In this document: positions 17,812 through 27,850 of the stretch, piece after piece
Layout of the letters: every line of letters starts with the position of its first letter
Numbering within the stretch: position 1 is the stretch's first letter
Origin: Candidatus Saccharimonadota bacterium
Lineage (GTDB): Bacteria > Patescibacteriota > Saccharimonadia > Saccharimonadales > JACDBH01
Assembly: GCA_013694995.1 (NCBI GenBank)
Contig: JACDBH010000004.1
Span: 60,828-124,827, forward strand
Direction: 5' to 3'
DNA length: 64,000 nucleotides
Program-made: the position numbers and the translations under genes
Notes under the pieces: model-generated
Seen by the model: only the letters and a program-made list of their open reading frames with translations
Databases searched by the model: none
What the model was told of the DNA's origin: nothing

Positions 17812-19251
17812 ATGAACACGACGCACAAGGTGCCGGTTGTGCCGTTGGATAGGTATAAGCGGACTAAAATAATTGCTACTGTTGGGCCAGCAACAGATAG
17901 CTACGAAGCAATATTAGAAATGATAAAGTCGGGCGCAAATGGACTAAGGCTCAACTTCAGCCACGGCGATCATGCCGAACATGAGCAGCGTATCAAATGG
18001 ATTAGAAAAGCCAGCCGCGAATACAGCAAGCCAGTCGCTATTATTCAAGACTTACAGGGGCCAAAGATCCGATTAGGGGACTTCGAAGGAATTATAAACG
18101 TGCTGGAAGGCCAGGCTATCCGATTGGGTTACAAGGCCGATTATGAAAAAGACGGAGTCATACCTATCCAGTATGACTTGAGCAAAAAGGTTAAGCGCGG
18201 AGAGCGGTTGTATATTTACGATGGCAAGGTCCTCACAACAGTAACTAGTATCAACGACGGCCTGGTCCATGTGCGGGTAGAAAATGATGGCATTCTAATA
18301 AAACGCAAAGGCATCAACTTGCCTGATACCGATTTTGGCGGTGACGTAATTACTAAAAAAGACCGCGCAGACTTAGCCTTTGGCTCATCTAACGAGATTG
18401 ATTATGTTGCGCAAAGCTTTGTGCAGACGCCAGACGATATCCGTAATCTGCGCAAGATCATGAAGAATCTGGGCATGAAGTCGCGGATCATAGTCAAGTT
18501 CGAGACACGTTCGGCAGTAATGCATATGGAGGAAATTGTCCAGGAGTCGGATGCTGTAATGATTGCTCGTGGTGATTTGGCCGTTGAAACTCCGACTGAA
18601 AGCGTGCCAATAATTCAGCGGCAAATAATTGGCTTGGGAATAAAGTATGCCAAGCCGACGATTGTAGCCACTCAAATGCTCTTCAGTATGACCGAGATGC
18701 CCGAGCCAACCCGTGCCGAAGTATCCGATGTCGCCACTGCTGTTTTGGTTGGAGCGGACTGCGTAATGTTGAGCGACGAGACGGCTAACGGCCGCTATCC
18801 AATCAAGGCAATCGAGGTTATGAAGCGGGTCATTTTATATACCGAACAAAACGCTCCACTTAAACCAATATTCATAGACGAGCAACAACCACGCAAATCG
18901 AGTCAACAGGCGATATCACGGGCAGTTATTCGATTAGCTAAAGAAATCCAGGCGACTGCAATCGTAGCAGAAACCAAATCCGGTGCAACTGCCCTCCAGA
19001 TAGCGGCCCAGCGTTCAGAACTTCCGATGATTGCTGTAACTTCCGATGAACGTGTTGCCCAGCAGCTTGCCATCGTTTACAGTTGCAAAAGTTATATCCG
19101 GCCGGATGACAAGAATGCGGCCCGCAAATTGACTGACTGGCTTCGTACAAACAAGGTGTTGAGCACAGGAGACGTCATAATCAGCTGTTCGGGTCAGTAT
19201 CCGGGGGTGGTTGGAACGACCGATACGATAAAGGTACGGGTGTTGGAATAA
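17812..19251 (+). CDS. pyk: Pyruvate kinase
   Basis: RTKIIATVGPA, RLNFSHG, DLQGPKIR, MIARGDL, ATQML, PTRAEVSDV. Confidence 0.97.
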   Translation: MNTTHKVPVVPLDRYKRTKIIATVGPATDSYEAILEMIKSGANGLRLNFSHGDHAEHEQRIKWIRKASREYSKPVAIIQDLQGPKIRLGDFEGIINVLEGQAIRLGYKADYEKDGVIPIQYDLSKKVKRGERLYIYDGKVLTTVTSINDGLVHVRVENDGILIKRKGINLPDTDFGGDVITKKDRADLAFGSSNEIDYVAQSFVQTPDDIRNLRKIMKNLGMKSRIIVKFETRSAVMHMEEIVQESDAVMIARGDLAVETPTESVPIIQRQIIGLGIKYAKPTIVATQMLFSMTEMPEPTRAEVSDVATAVLVGADCVMLSDETANGRYPIKAIEVMKRVILYTEQNAPLKPIFIDEQQPRKSSQQAISRAVIRLAKEIQATAIVAETKSGATALQIAAQRSELPMIAVTSDERVAQQLAIVYSCKSYIRPDDKNAARKLTDWLRTNKVLSTGDVIISCSGQYPGVVGTTDTIKVRVLE

Positions 19252-19264
19252 GCAAGGAGGTGGG

Positions 19265-20569
19265 ATGAGTTTTTCGAAACAAACGGTCCGTGATATCGAG
19301 CTGAGCGGCAAACGTGTCCTTTTGCGTGTCGATTACAACTTGCCGATGAAAAACGGAAAAATTACCAGTGATTTTCGGATTGAGCAGTCTTTGCCCACTA
19401 TCAAATATCTGCTTGATAAGCACTGCTCCATCGTTATCATGTCACATCTCGGTCGTCCTGAGGGCAAAAAGAACAAAGAATTTAGCCTCAGGTCTGCTGC
19501 CGAACGTTTAAGTAAGTTACTGGGCCAAAATGTTGAATTTGTTGAGGACTGTATCGGCAGCGAAGTTGAAAAGGCCGTAAGTTCGCTTAAGCCAAAACAA
19601 GTACTAATGCTCGAGAACGTCCGATTTTATCCTGAAGAAGAAGCAAATGACCTTAGCTTTGCTGAAAAGTTGTCCAAATGGGGCTATGTTTTTGTGCAGG
19701 ACTGTTTTGGAGTCGCGCACCGCGCCCATGCTTCAGTTGTCGGTGTTACAAAATATCTGCCAAGCGTCGCAGGGTTGCTACTGGAAAAAGAAGTCGACAC
19801 GATCACTAAAGTTATGAGTGATCCTGAGCGGCCATTAATGGCAATAGTCGGCGGTGCTAAGATTTCTGATAAGATTATAGTACTTAAAAAGTTTATTGAA
19901 ATCGCTGATTTTGTGGCTATAGGCGGCGCTATGGCTAATACGTTCTTGCTAGCAGAGGGCATAGAAACCGGTAATAGCTTAACCGAACCGGACGATGTGC
20001 CGCTAGCCAAAGAGATTATCGCTTTGGCGCGGGCAAGAGCGGAAAAAAGCAAATTTGTATTCTACCTGCCGCAAGACGGGGTTGTAGCGACCGATATTGA
20101 AAACCCAAGCAGTACCCGGATCGTTGACTGGAACGCCCAGGTTATCGCCGATATTGAAGCCTATCCGAGACAACCAAAGCATGAAGCAAGCCATGTCAAA
20201 GATGACGAGCGGATTTTGGATATCGGTCCCTTTTCCGCCTCTTTTATTGCCGGTGGATTACAGATGGTTCAGACAGTCGTTTGGAATGGCACGCTTGGGG
20301 TTGCCGAGGTTGAAGGCAAGAACAACGACCCTATCGGGCCGTTCGCTCATGGCACCGAGCTTATAGTAGAAGCTTTGCTTGGCCACTACGGCCACCGGCC
20401 ATTTACGATTGTTGGTGGCGGTGACACTGCGGGATACGTTGAAGAACGCAACCTGACTAAGGCCTTCAACCATGTCTCAACCGGCGGCGGCGCCTCCTTG
20501 GAGCTGATGGAAGGCAAAAAACTACCAGGCGTAGAAGCACTACCTGATAAAGAACCTAATAACTTATAA
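19265..20569 (+). CDS. pgk: Phosphoglycerate kinase
   Basis: RVDYNLP, SHLGRP, LENVRF, AHRAHAS, GGAKISDK, GGGDT, STGGGASL. Confidence 0.97.
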   Translation: MSFSKQTVRDIELSGKRVLLRVDYNLPMKNGKITSDFRIEQSLPTIKYLLDKHCSIVIMSHLGRPEGKKNKEFSLRSAAERLSKLLGQNVEFVEDCIGSEVEKAVSSLKPKQVLMLENVRFYPEEEANDLSFAEKLSKWGYVFVQDCFGVAHRAHASVVGVTKYLPSVAGLLLEKEVDTITKVMSDPERPLMAIVGGAKISDKIIVLKKFIEIADFVAIGGAMANTFLLAEGIETGNSLTEPDDVPLAKEIIALARARAEKSKFVFYLPQDGVVATDIENPSSTRIVDWNAQVIADIEAYPRQPKHEASHVKDDERILDIGPFSASFIAGGLQMVQTVVWNGTLGVAEVEGKNNDPIGPFAHGTELIVEALLGHYGHRPFTIVGGGDTAGYVEERNLTKAFNHVSTGGGASLELMEGKKLPGVEALPDKEPNNL

Positions 20570-20748
20570 CACATCTGTTCTCCGGCCAAAATGAACGACA
20601 AAGCTACCGGACTTTTGCTTCGCTTCGTATCTTATCTAACACGCTTTGTCCGTAAGAAGTCCGAAATCTTTCTCACTCATTTTATCCTCGTTTCAGAGAA
20701 AGATATGCAATAAGTTATGGAATTCATAGTACAATAAGCTTAAGAATT

Positions 20749-21537
20749 ATGCGTAAAACATTAATAGTGGGCAACTGGAAAATGCATCTTAATACGATGC
20801 AGGCCAGTATCCTCCTCCACCGTTTACAGGAACGGATCCGGATTCACCGCGACATAGAAGTCGTACTGGCACCAAGTATGCTTGTGCTGCAGCCATTGTC
20901 TTTACAGATAGATCGCCGGAAATTCCGCTTAGCTGCCCAAAATGCTTATCATAAAGACATGGGTGCATTTACGGGGGAAGTCAGTTTTACGATGCTTCGC
21001 GATCTTGTTCACTATGCAATTATCGGACATTCGGAACGCCGTTTAATTTTCGGCGAAACCTTAACGGATATTTCCGAAAAAGTGGCTGCTGCTGTGCGGA
21101 ACGGAATAACTCCTATCTTATGCGTTGGTGAAACCAAAACAGACCGCCTGGCCAAGCATACTAAACGGGTCCTTCATGACCAAGTTGTTACAGCCCTAAA
21201 AAATCTTACTTCTGAAGACGTCGAAGAGATAGTGATCGCTTATGAGCCAATCTGGGCAATAAGTACATTCGGCGGTGAACTAGCCACACCAAATCTGGTA
21301 AAAGAGGCTATGGATTATATTCGCCATCAAATCTCAGAATTATATGGAAAAAAAACTGCCGAAAAAGTCCGGGTATTATATGGCGGCAGCGTAGACGACC
21401 AGATTGCCCGCGGTTACATGGAGATAGATGGCTGCGATGGGGTTTTGGTCGGCGGGGCAAGTACTAGTTATCACAAATTCTCAGGCATCGTGGACGCCGC
21501 GTATCGCATGCAGCGTGAATTAGGAGAGGAAACCTGA
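20749..21537 (+). CDS. tpiA: Triosephosphate isomerase
   Basis: GNWKM, GAFTGEVS, IGHSERR, AYEPIWAI, LYGGSV, LVGGAS. Confidence 0.97.
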   Translation: MRKTLIVGNWKMHLNTMQASILLHRLQERIRIHRDIEVVLAPSMLVLQPLSLQIDRRKFRLAAQNAYHKDMGAFTGEVSFTMLRDLVHYAIIGHSERRLIFGETLTDISEKVAAAVRNGITPILCVGETKTDRLAKHTKRVLHDQVVTALKNLTSEDVEEIVIAYEPIWAISTFGGELATPNLVKEAMDYIRHQISELYGKKTAEKVRVLYGGSVDDQIARGYMEIDGCDGVLVGGASTSYHKFSGIVDAAYRMQRELGEET

Positions 21538-21538
21538 T

Positions 21539-22291
21539 ATGGGAAAGCGCTTGAATGAAGATGATAAGGTGTTCGACGTAAGTAAGCCGGGCAAAGGCAA
21601 GATAGTCCCCACATCCCGGCCGGTTATCACTTCACAGGAAGTTACAAAAGATATAATGGTCAATGAGCCTGAAGCCCAAGGAATGAAATCGCCCTCCGAA
21701 TCGCGCCGGGTAATACAGCCGCTCAGTTCGATTGCTGTCCAGTCTGAGGACGGCATTGATGCCGCCGAAGCCATTCCTGTATCAGTCATGCAAGGAAAAA
21801 CTAAAACTGAAGAAGCGTCTGCTGAGACAACCACCCCCACAATAGTTCCTGCGGAACCACTGACTAATCAAACGGAGAAAACTTCAGAAGCAGAAAAACC
21901 AGAAGTCGTCGAAGTTGAGGCAAAACCGGAGCCACCTAAGGAACCTGAAAAGCCTTCTATGGAGCAGAAGGAAGCAAATCCTGCTGCCAGTTCAGAATCG
22001 GCTACCGTAGACGCTGTCGCTGAAGCAGTCGGATCAAAAAAGCAGGCTGCAAAAGAAGCCGAGGAACAAGAAAAACGAGATGCGGCCGTACAAGAACTTA
22101 TTGATAACAAGAAGTATTACGTCCAGCTCGGCCATGATAGCCGTCCTAAAAAAGGCGCAACTTATCACCATCAGGTACTTACAGTCTTGCTCATTCTGAC
22201 TATGGTGCTGGTGGTGGGCGCCTACTTAGCAATTGATGCCGGAATCATCGAGTCTGACTTTGTCGTGCCATACGAATTCATAAAAGAATAA
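21539..22291 (+). CDS. Hypothetical acidic protein with C-terminal TM anchor
   Basis: E/P-rich low-complexity region, C-terminal hydrophobic helix, 1 nt after tpiA. Confidence 0.75.
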   Translation: MGKRLNEDDKVFDVSKPGKGKIVPTSRPVITSQEVTKDIMVNEPEAQGMKSPSESRRVIQPLSSIAVQSEDGIDAAEAIPVSVMQGKTKTEEASAETTTPTIVPAEPLTNQTEKTSEAEKPEVVEVEAKPEPPKEPEKPSMEQKEANPAASSESATVDAVAEAVGSKKQAAKEAEEQEKRDAAVQELIDNKKYYVQLGHDSRPKKGATYHHQVLTVLLILTMVLVVGAYLAIDAGIIESDFVVPYEFIKE

Positions 22292-22315
22292 CTTCTCATT
22301 TGTTACAATTAAACG

Positions 22316-24508
22316 ATGCTTGAATCGGTGGACAACCAGATTATAGACCCATGGGCCGCAGAATCTCCTCAAATTCCAGTGGACCATTTATTGCATGGGC
22401 TTAATCCTGAACAGCAACGGGCGGTGCTGACTACCGACGGCCCGATGCTTATTCAAGCCGGGGCCGGTAGTGGTAAGACCAAAACGCTGACACATCGTAT
22501 TGCCTATTTAGTGGCGACGCATAAAGCCACTCCCTACAATATATTGTCGGTGACATTCACAAATAAAGCGGCTAAAGAAATGCGCGAGCGTATTGCCGGA
22601 CTACTGAGTGAGCGTGCCGATAATCGCAGTTTTATGCCTTTTATGGGCACTTTCCACTCCATATGTGTGCGACTTTTGCGTCAAGACGGCGAGCACATTG
22701 GCGTACCACGTAACTTTATTATTTTTGATGAAAGCGACCGTCTCAGTGCCGTTAAACAAGCTTCAAAACGACTCAATATTGATGAAAAAGCCTTTCCTCC
22801 ACGTGCTATCGCAAACCTTATAAGCAGTGCTAAGAATGACTTGGTGAATCCGACAGAATACGCAACACTTGCTAATTCACCGACCCAAGCCGTAGCGGCC
22901 AAAGTCTATCCGTTATATGAACAAGCATTAAAAAATGCTGGAGCCTTGGATTTTGACGACCTAATATTAAAAGCCGTAACGATGCTTGATAGTTCAGTGG
23001 AAGTGCGTAATAAATGGCAACAGCAATTCAGCTATATTCTAATTGACGAGTACCAGGACACTAACACCGCCCAATATAAGCTTGTTAATTTGTTAACAAG
23101 TGAAAAGCATAATATTGCGGTCGTTGGAGACGACTGGCAGAGCATATATAGTTGGCGTGGAGCTGACTTCCGCAATATTCTGAATTTTGAGCGCGACTAT
23201 CCTAAGACCACAGTTATCAAACTAGAGCAAAATTACCGAAGCACTAAATCAATACTAGATGCCGCCCACGCGGTAATTACAAAAAACCAGCAACGTTCGG
23301 ACAAAAAACTATGGACCGAAGTTGGTGACGGCTTGCCAGTTCAGGTTTTACAGGCAGCCAACGAGCGGGCCGAGTCAGAGGCAATTATCCGCCGGATTAA
23401 AAACTCAGTCGATAGTGGAAGCCGCCGCTACAATCACTTTGCAGTTTTATACCGCACTAACGCCCAAAGCAGGGCGGTCGAGGAAATGTTTGTACGCTTC
23501 GGTGTGCCGTACCGCGTGGTTGGAGGTGTAAGATTTTATGATCGCAAAGAAATCAAAGACATCATTGCCTACCTAAGGATTATTTTCCAGCCAGAGGATA
23601 ATGTAAGTTTTGAGCGAATTGCAAATGTCCCAAGTAGAGGTCTGGGGGCAAAATCGATGGTAGCATTCCGCGACTGGGCACAAAACAGCGGAGGATTATT
23701 AAAAGGCTTGCAGACGGTAAGCGACTGCCCGGGACTGAGTACAAAAGCCAGGGCGGCACTGTTGGAACTTAGCGATATCATAGTAAGTTACCGCGTACTT
23801 GCCGATACTACCCCAGTCGCCGGCATCATCGATAGCTTATTGAGAAGGTTGGATTATAACTCTTTCCTTGACGATGGGACACTGCAGGGCGAATCCCGCC
23901 TGGAAAACGTCCGCGAACTTATTTCCGTTGCCAAAGCCTATCAGGATGTAGGGCTTGATGGGTTCTTGGAAGAAGTTAGTCTAGTGAGCGACCTTGATAC
24001 GGCTGACATGGAATCAAACGCAGTCACGTTAATGACCCTGCATGCAGCCAAGGGTCTGGAATTCCCAGTGGTGTTTATAGTTGGGTTGGAAGAAGCTATT
24101 TTACCCCACAGCCGAGCGCTATATAGTATTGGCGAAATGGAAGAAGAACGTCGGTTGATGTATGTAGGCATGACCCGGGCGCGTGAGGAACTGTATCTGT
24201 TGTACGCTACCAGCCGGGTACTATACGGCGGCGTACAGTATAATCCACCATCGCGCTTTTTAAGCGAAATTGATGTTGATATATCAGCTGTCCAGCCATC
24301 AAGTTTTGTTTTCACACCTACGGGACTTCTTAGTAGCGACATCGAACCGCGCTACGTGATTGAACTGAACGAGGGCGATAGCGTCCGCCATCAAATATTC
24401 GGTAATGGCACTGTACTTGAAATTGACGGTGATAATGTCGCTGTCCACTTTAAAACTGCCGGCACAAAACGGCTAAATATTGCCTTTGCACCGTTGGAAA
24501 AACTGTAA
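22316..24508 (+). CDS. pcrA: UvrD/PcrA SF1 DNA helicase
   Basis: AGAGSGKT, TFTNKAA, IDEYQDTN, VGDDWQSIYSWRGA, LEQNYRS, TLHAAKGLEF, EERRLMYVGMTRA. Confidence 0.95.
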   Translation: MLESVDNQIIDPWAAESPQIPVDHLLHGLNPEQQRAVLTTDGPMLIQAGAGSGKTKTLTHRIAYLVATHKATPYNILSVTFTNKAAKEMRERIAGLLSERADNRSFMPFMGTFHSICVRLLRQDGEHIGVPRNFIIFDESDRLSAVKQASKRLNIDEKAFPPRAIANLISSAKNDLVNPTEYATLANSPTQAVAAKVYPLYEQALKNAGALDFDDLILKAVTMLDSSVEVRNKWQQQFSYILIDEYQDTNTAQYKLVNLLTSEKHNIAVVGDDWQSIYSWRGADFRNILNFERDYPKTTVIKLEQNYRSTKSILDAAHAVITKNQQRSDKKLWTEVGDGLPVQVLQAANERAESEAIIRRIKNSVDSGSRRYNHFAVLYRTNAQSRAVEEMFVRFGVPYRVVGGVRFYDRKEIKDIIAYLRIIFQPEDNVSFERIANVPSRGLGAKSMVAFRDWAQNSGGLLKGLQTVSDCPGLSTKARAALLELSDIIVSYRVLADTTPVAGIIDSLLRRLDYNSFLDDGTLQGESRLENVRELISVAKAYQDVGLDGFLEEVSLVSDLDTADMESNAVTLMTLHAAKGLEFPVVFIVGLEEAILPHSRALYSIGEMEEERRLMYVGMTRAREELYLLYATSRVLYGGVQYNPPSRFLSEIDVDISAVQPSSFVFTPTGLLSSDIEPRYVIELNEGDSVRHQIFGNGTVLEIDGDNVAVHFKTAGTKRLNIAFAPLEKL

Positions 24509-24988
24509 ATGTATACAGCAAAATGGTTTGAGCTGAGCGGTCGGGTACTTTTTTGGCTGACGTGGCCTATATGGTTTTTCTACTTGCGTCTGGGCGGCGT
24601 CAGAAGCCGGGTTCTAGTCGTATTGGGCAACGAAATATTATTGCTGAAAGGATGGATAAATCCAGGCAGGTTAATGCTGCCCGGCGGCGGTGCAAAAGCC
24701 GGTGAACTAATCAAAGATGCAGCTATCCGTGAACTGGCTGAAGAAACAGGCATAACGGCTTCTAAATACGAGTTGGTTTCTATCCCAGGACGCACACGTT
24801 CAGAGTTTGGACTATGTTATAAAGCAGCATATTTTTACCTTGAGCTTTCTTCAAAACCAGAATTAAAAATTGGTTATCCTGAAATAATCCATGCCGGTTG
24901 GTACGATGCGGGCACATCATCGGACATTAGACTTGATAAAGATGCACAGTATGCCCTGGAACAATATATGCGGCGTAGCAGAACATAG
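24509..24988 (+). CDS. NUDIX hydrolase
   Basis: Nudix box PGGGAKAGELIKDAAIRELAEETG. Confidence 0.88.
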   Translation: MYTAKWFELSGRVLFWLTWPIWFFYLRLGGVRSRVLVVLGNEILLLKGWINPGRLMLPGGGAKAGELIKDAAIRELAEETGITASKYELVSIPGRTRSEFGLCYKAAYFYLELSSKPELKIGYPEIIHAGWYDAGTSSDIRLDKDAQYALEQYMRRSRT

Positions 24989-25077
24989 CGCCTTCCCTGA
25001 TCTTTATGATGTTATAATACTCCGGTCAGACGTGAGTTGATTATAGGTTTTATAGTACACGCCGTCATTAAGAATAT

Positions 25078-26385
25078 ATGAGATACAGGCTAAAAAAGTT
25101 TCAACTGAGGACGCGGCGCTGGTGGCGTAGCTTTGAAAAGCGTTATCGCGATCATCCCCGATTGTTGCCAGTCGTTGCTGCCCTAATGGTTGTTTTGATT
25201 GCCATAATATTGGTCTTTTCACTACGCGATAGTGGGATTACTGCCAAACTGACCGATGCCAATATTGTAATCCTGCATGTGGACAACAGTAGTCAGGTCC
25301 TGCCGACTCGCGAGGAAACCGTAGGGGCATTCTTAGAAAAAGCAAATATTATCCTCAATGAAGGCGATGTCGTTGAACCTGGTCTCGATACTCCGATCAA
25401 AGAGGACGATTTCCGTATAAATGTCTACCGCGGTCAGCCGGTTGTCGTAGTTGACGGCTATAAGCGGACCTATGCTTTAAGCGCCGCGCGTACGCCGCGC
25501 AGTGTCGTCGAACAAGTGGGTCTGGAAGTATTCCCCGAGGATTTGATTGAAACAAATCCGAGTGATGATTTCTTACGGGACGGGATTGGCGCTAAGGTTA
25601 GTATCAAGCGCTCGACACCAGCCAACCTAAACTTGTACGGCACGGCTTTGTCGCTAAGGACACATGCTAAAACTGTCGGCGAACTATTAAAAGAAAAGAA
25701 CATACAACTGGCAACTGACGATACGGTTTTACCCTCGCTAGACACTACGCTTACTTCGCAGGTGCAGGTATTCGTGACGCGAGTTGGTACTCAAGTTGTC
25801 ACCGAGGAACAGACTATACCGATGCCAACTGAAACGGTCCAGGACAACAGTTTGTCTTTCGGCGCTATCGCCACTCGTCAAAAAGGTGCTGCAGGCAAGA
25901 AATCCGTTACCTTCCAGTTAGAACTGCGCAATGGTGTCGAAGTGAGCAGAGTAAAAATTCAAGAAGTAGTAACGCTAGAGCCAGTCAAACAAATTATAGC
26001 TCGCGGCCAGGCAGTTTCAATTCCTTCAGACAGAGAATCTATCATGCGTGCCGCCGGTATTTCTGCCTCAGACTTTCCTTACGTTAATTACATAATCAAC
26101 CACGAAAATGGACTGTGGTGTGCGACTCGCTGGCAGGGACAGAATTCTTGCCCTCCATATTACCAAGAAAAGTACCCGGGAGCCGAAACCGACACAAGTT
26201 TAGGTTATGGACTCTGCCAGTCTACTCCGGCTATTAAAATGGCTGCAAATGGAGCCGACTGGCGAACTAATCCGGTTACGCAGCTCAAATGGTGCAGTGG
26301 CTATGCAACATCTCGCTACGGCAGCTGGAAAGGTGCCTACGATGCTTGGACAGCCCGCGAGGCCCAAGGCCGTGGCTGGTGGTAG
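25078..26385 (+). CDS. RpfB/YabE-like protein: DUF348 repeats, G5 domain, C-terminal lytic transglycosylase-like domain
   Basis: TM anchor, repeated TVG.FL/LL units, G5-like region, IINHENG..YGLCQ..NPVTQLKW..YATSRYGSW; lies upstream of rsmA as in other bacteria. Confidence 0.85.
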   Translation: MRYRLKKFQLRTRRWWRSFEKRYRDHPRLLPVVAALMVVLIAIILVFSLRDSGITAKLTDANIVILHVDNSSQVLPTREETVGAFLEKANIILNEGDVVEPGLDTPIKEDDFRINVYRGQPVVVVDGYKRTYALSAARTPRSVVEQVGLEVFPEDLIETNPSDDFLRDGIGAKVSIKRSTPANLNLYGTALSLRTHAKTVGELLKEKNIQLATDDTVLPSLDTTLTSQVQVFVTRVGTQVVTEEQTIPMPTETVQDNSLSFGAIATRQKGAAGKKSVTFQLELRNGVEVSRVKIQEVVTLEPVKQIIARGQAVSIPSDRESIMRAAGISASDFPYVNYIINHENGLWCATRWQGQNSCPPYYQEKYPGAETDTSLGYGLCQSTPAIKMAANGADWRTNPVTQLKWCSGYATSRYGSWKGAYDAWTAREAQGRGWW

Positions 26386-26513
26386 CCCTCAACTCATCCA
26401 CATGTCAGTAAACCTGCTGGCTAGCGTAGCTAGCCGCCTGTTTGTTGCAGGTGAACAGGTGTGGTGCTTGGCTCCGGCTGATCTCCCCTAAAATTACATC
26501 AAACTGTTAAAAT

Positions 26514-27311
26514 ATGGGAATGACTGAGAAGACTAAAAAATCGTTGGGACAGCACTGGCTATATGATGACGCTTCTTTGGAAGCTATGTGTGATGCCGCC
26601 GATATTCAGCCGGAAGATAATGTGCTAGAAATTGGTCCAGGCTTAGGGACGTTAACCGAAAAGTTATTAGCGCACGGGGCATTAGTACGAGCTGTGGAGT
26701 TTGATCCGGTACTTATCCCAAGACTTAAGAAAAAATTCAAAGCTAGTCAGAATTTTCAAATAGAACATGCAGACATTCTAAAATATGACCTGGATAAGCT
26801 GCCTGTTGGTTACAAGATAGTGGCCAATATACCGTATTATCTGACGAGCAACCTGTTACGTCGACTTAGCGAGGTACCGAATCATTTCTCTACTGCTGCT
26901 CTGCTAGTGCAAAAAGAGGTGGCGGAACGGGTCGCTGCCGAGGCAGGAGATATGAACTTACTGAGCGTTAGCGTTCAACTCTACTGCGACGTAAAGTTAG
27001 GTATCACAGTGTCGAAAGAATTATTTACTCCTCCACCCAAAGTAAATTCGCAAATCCTCAAATTAACCCACCGTGGCAGCATACTATTCCCTAGCATAGA
27101 CACGAAGCTATTTTTCCAGTTAGTGAAGGCGGGGTTTTCCGCACGGCGTAAAAAACTTCGGAGTTCATTAAGTGGGGGGCTTCAAATCACCAAGCCACAA
27201 GCTGAAATATTGCTTACAAAAGCGGATATCGATCCCAACCTACGTTCCCAGGCCCTTTCGCTTGAAGATTGGCAAAGGCTGTATGTAGCATATAACGACT
27301 ACATTCACTAG
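26514..27311 (+). CDS. rsmA: 16S rRNA m6,2A dimethyltransferase
   Basis: KKSLGQHWL, LEIGPGLGTLT, VANIPYY, QKEVAER, FTPPPKV. Confidence 0.96.
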   Translation: MGMTEKTKKSLGQHWLYDDASLEAMCDAADIQPEDNVLEIGPGLGTLTEKLLAHGALVRAVEFDPVLIPRLKKKFKASQNFQIEHADILKYDLDKLPVGYKIVANIPYYLTSNLLRRLSEVPNHFSTAALLVQKEVAERVAAEAGDMNLLSVSVQLYCDVKLGITVSKELFTPPPKVNSQILKLTHRGSILFPSIDTKLFFQLVKAGFSARRKKLRSSLSGGLQITKPQAEILLTKADIDPNLRSQALSLEDWQRLYVAYNDYIH

Positions 27312-27365
27312 ACATAAGCACTATTTACGTGGTATAATACTGTTTACCGCACAGTGCGGAAATAT

Positions 27366-27754
27366 GGGGCTGTAAGCTTCGACATTTGGACATTTACAAG
27401 TTGGTTTTGCAGGTCGCTTGTCAGCGTTATAGGCACATCTGAATAGATGCAAAAGATTCACTTACTGCAATGGTAAATCGTGTGCAAAACATGCGGTTTG
27501 CTGGCGCATTACAAGCAGCTTAATTGTCGCTTGGGCTGTCGGTTCGACATCAGATAGAACCAACCAGTCTCATATTCATCTGATTGCTTAAATACTGTGA
27601 TCCATAGTATTTACTAAGAATTCAGGATTGCAGCACATAATGTTTTTGTCCGTTTTCATCATCATGGGCTAAAGAAACCATCCAAACAGACTATACCTGT
27701 AGACCGCCAACTAGTAACCGAATGGACGCGGGATCAAACCCGCCAGCTCCACCA
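27366..27754 (+). ncRNA. ssrA: tmRNA
   Basis: 5' GGGGCTG..TTCGAC; 3' CAGCTCCACCA with G3-U pair; tag ORF 27449-27523 AKDSLTAMVNRVQNMRFAGALQAA*; TGGTATAAT upstream. Confidence 0.93.
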
Positions 27755-27762
27755 ATGAAAGT

Positions 27763-27787
27763 GCCCAACTAAAATGTTGGGCTTTTT
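27763..27787 (+). terminator. Intrinsic terminator after tmRNA
   Basis: GCCCAAC-TAAAAT-GTTGGGC-TTTTT. Confidence 0.8.
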
Positions 27788-27850
27788 CATTGGTGAAAAT
27801 TGTATGATGTCGTACAGTAATGAAATTTAAAAGCAGTTAAAATATATTGA

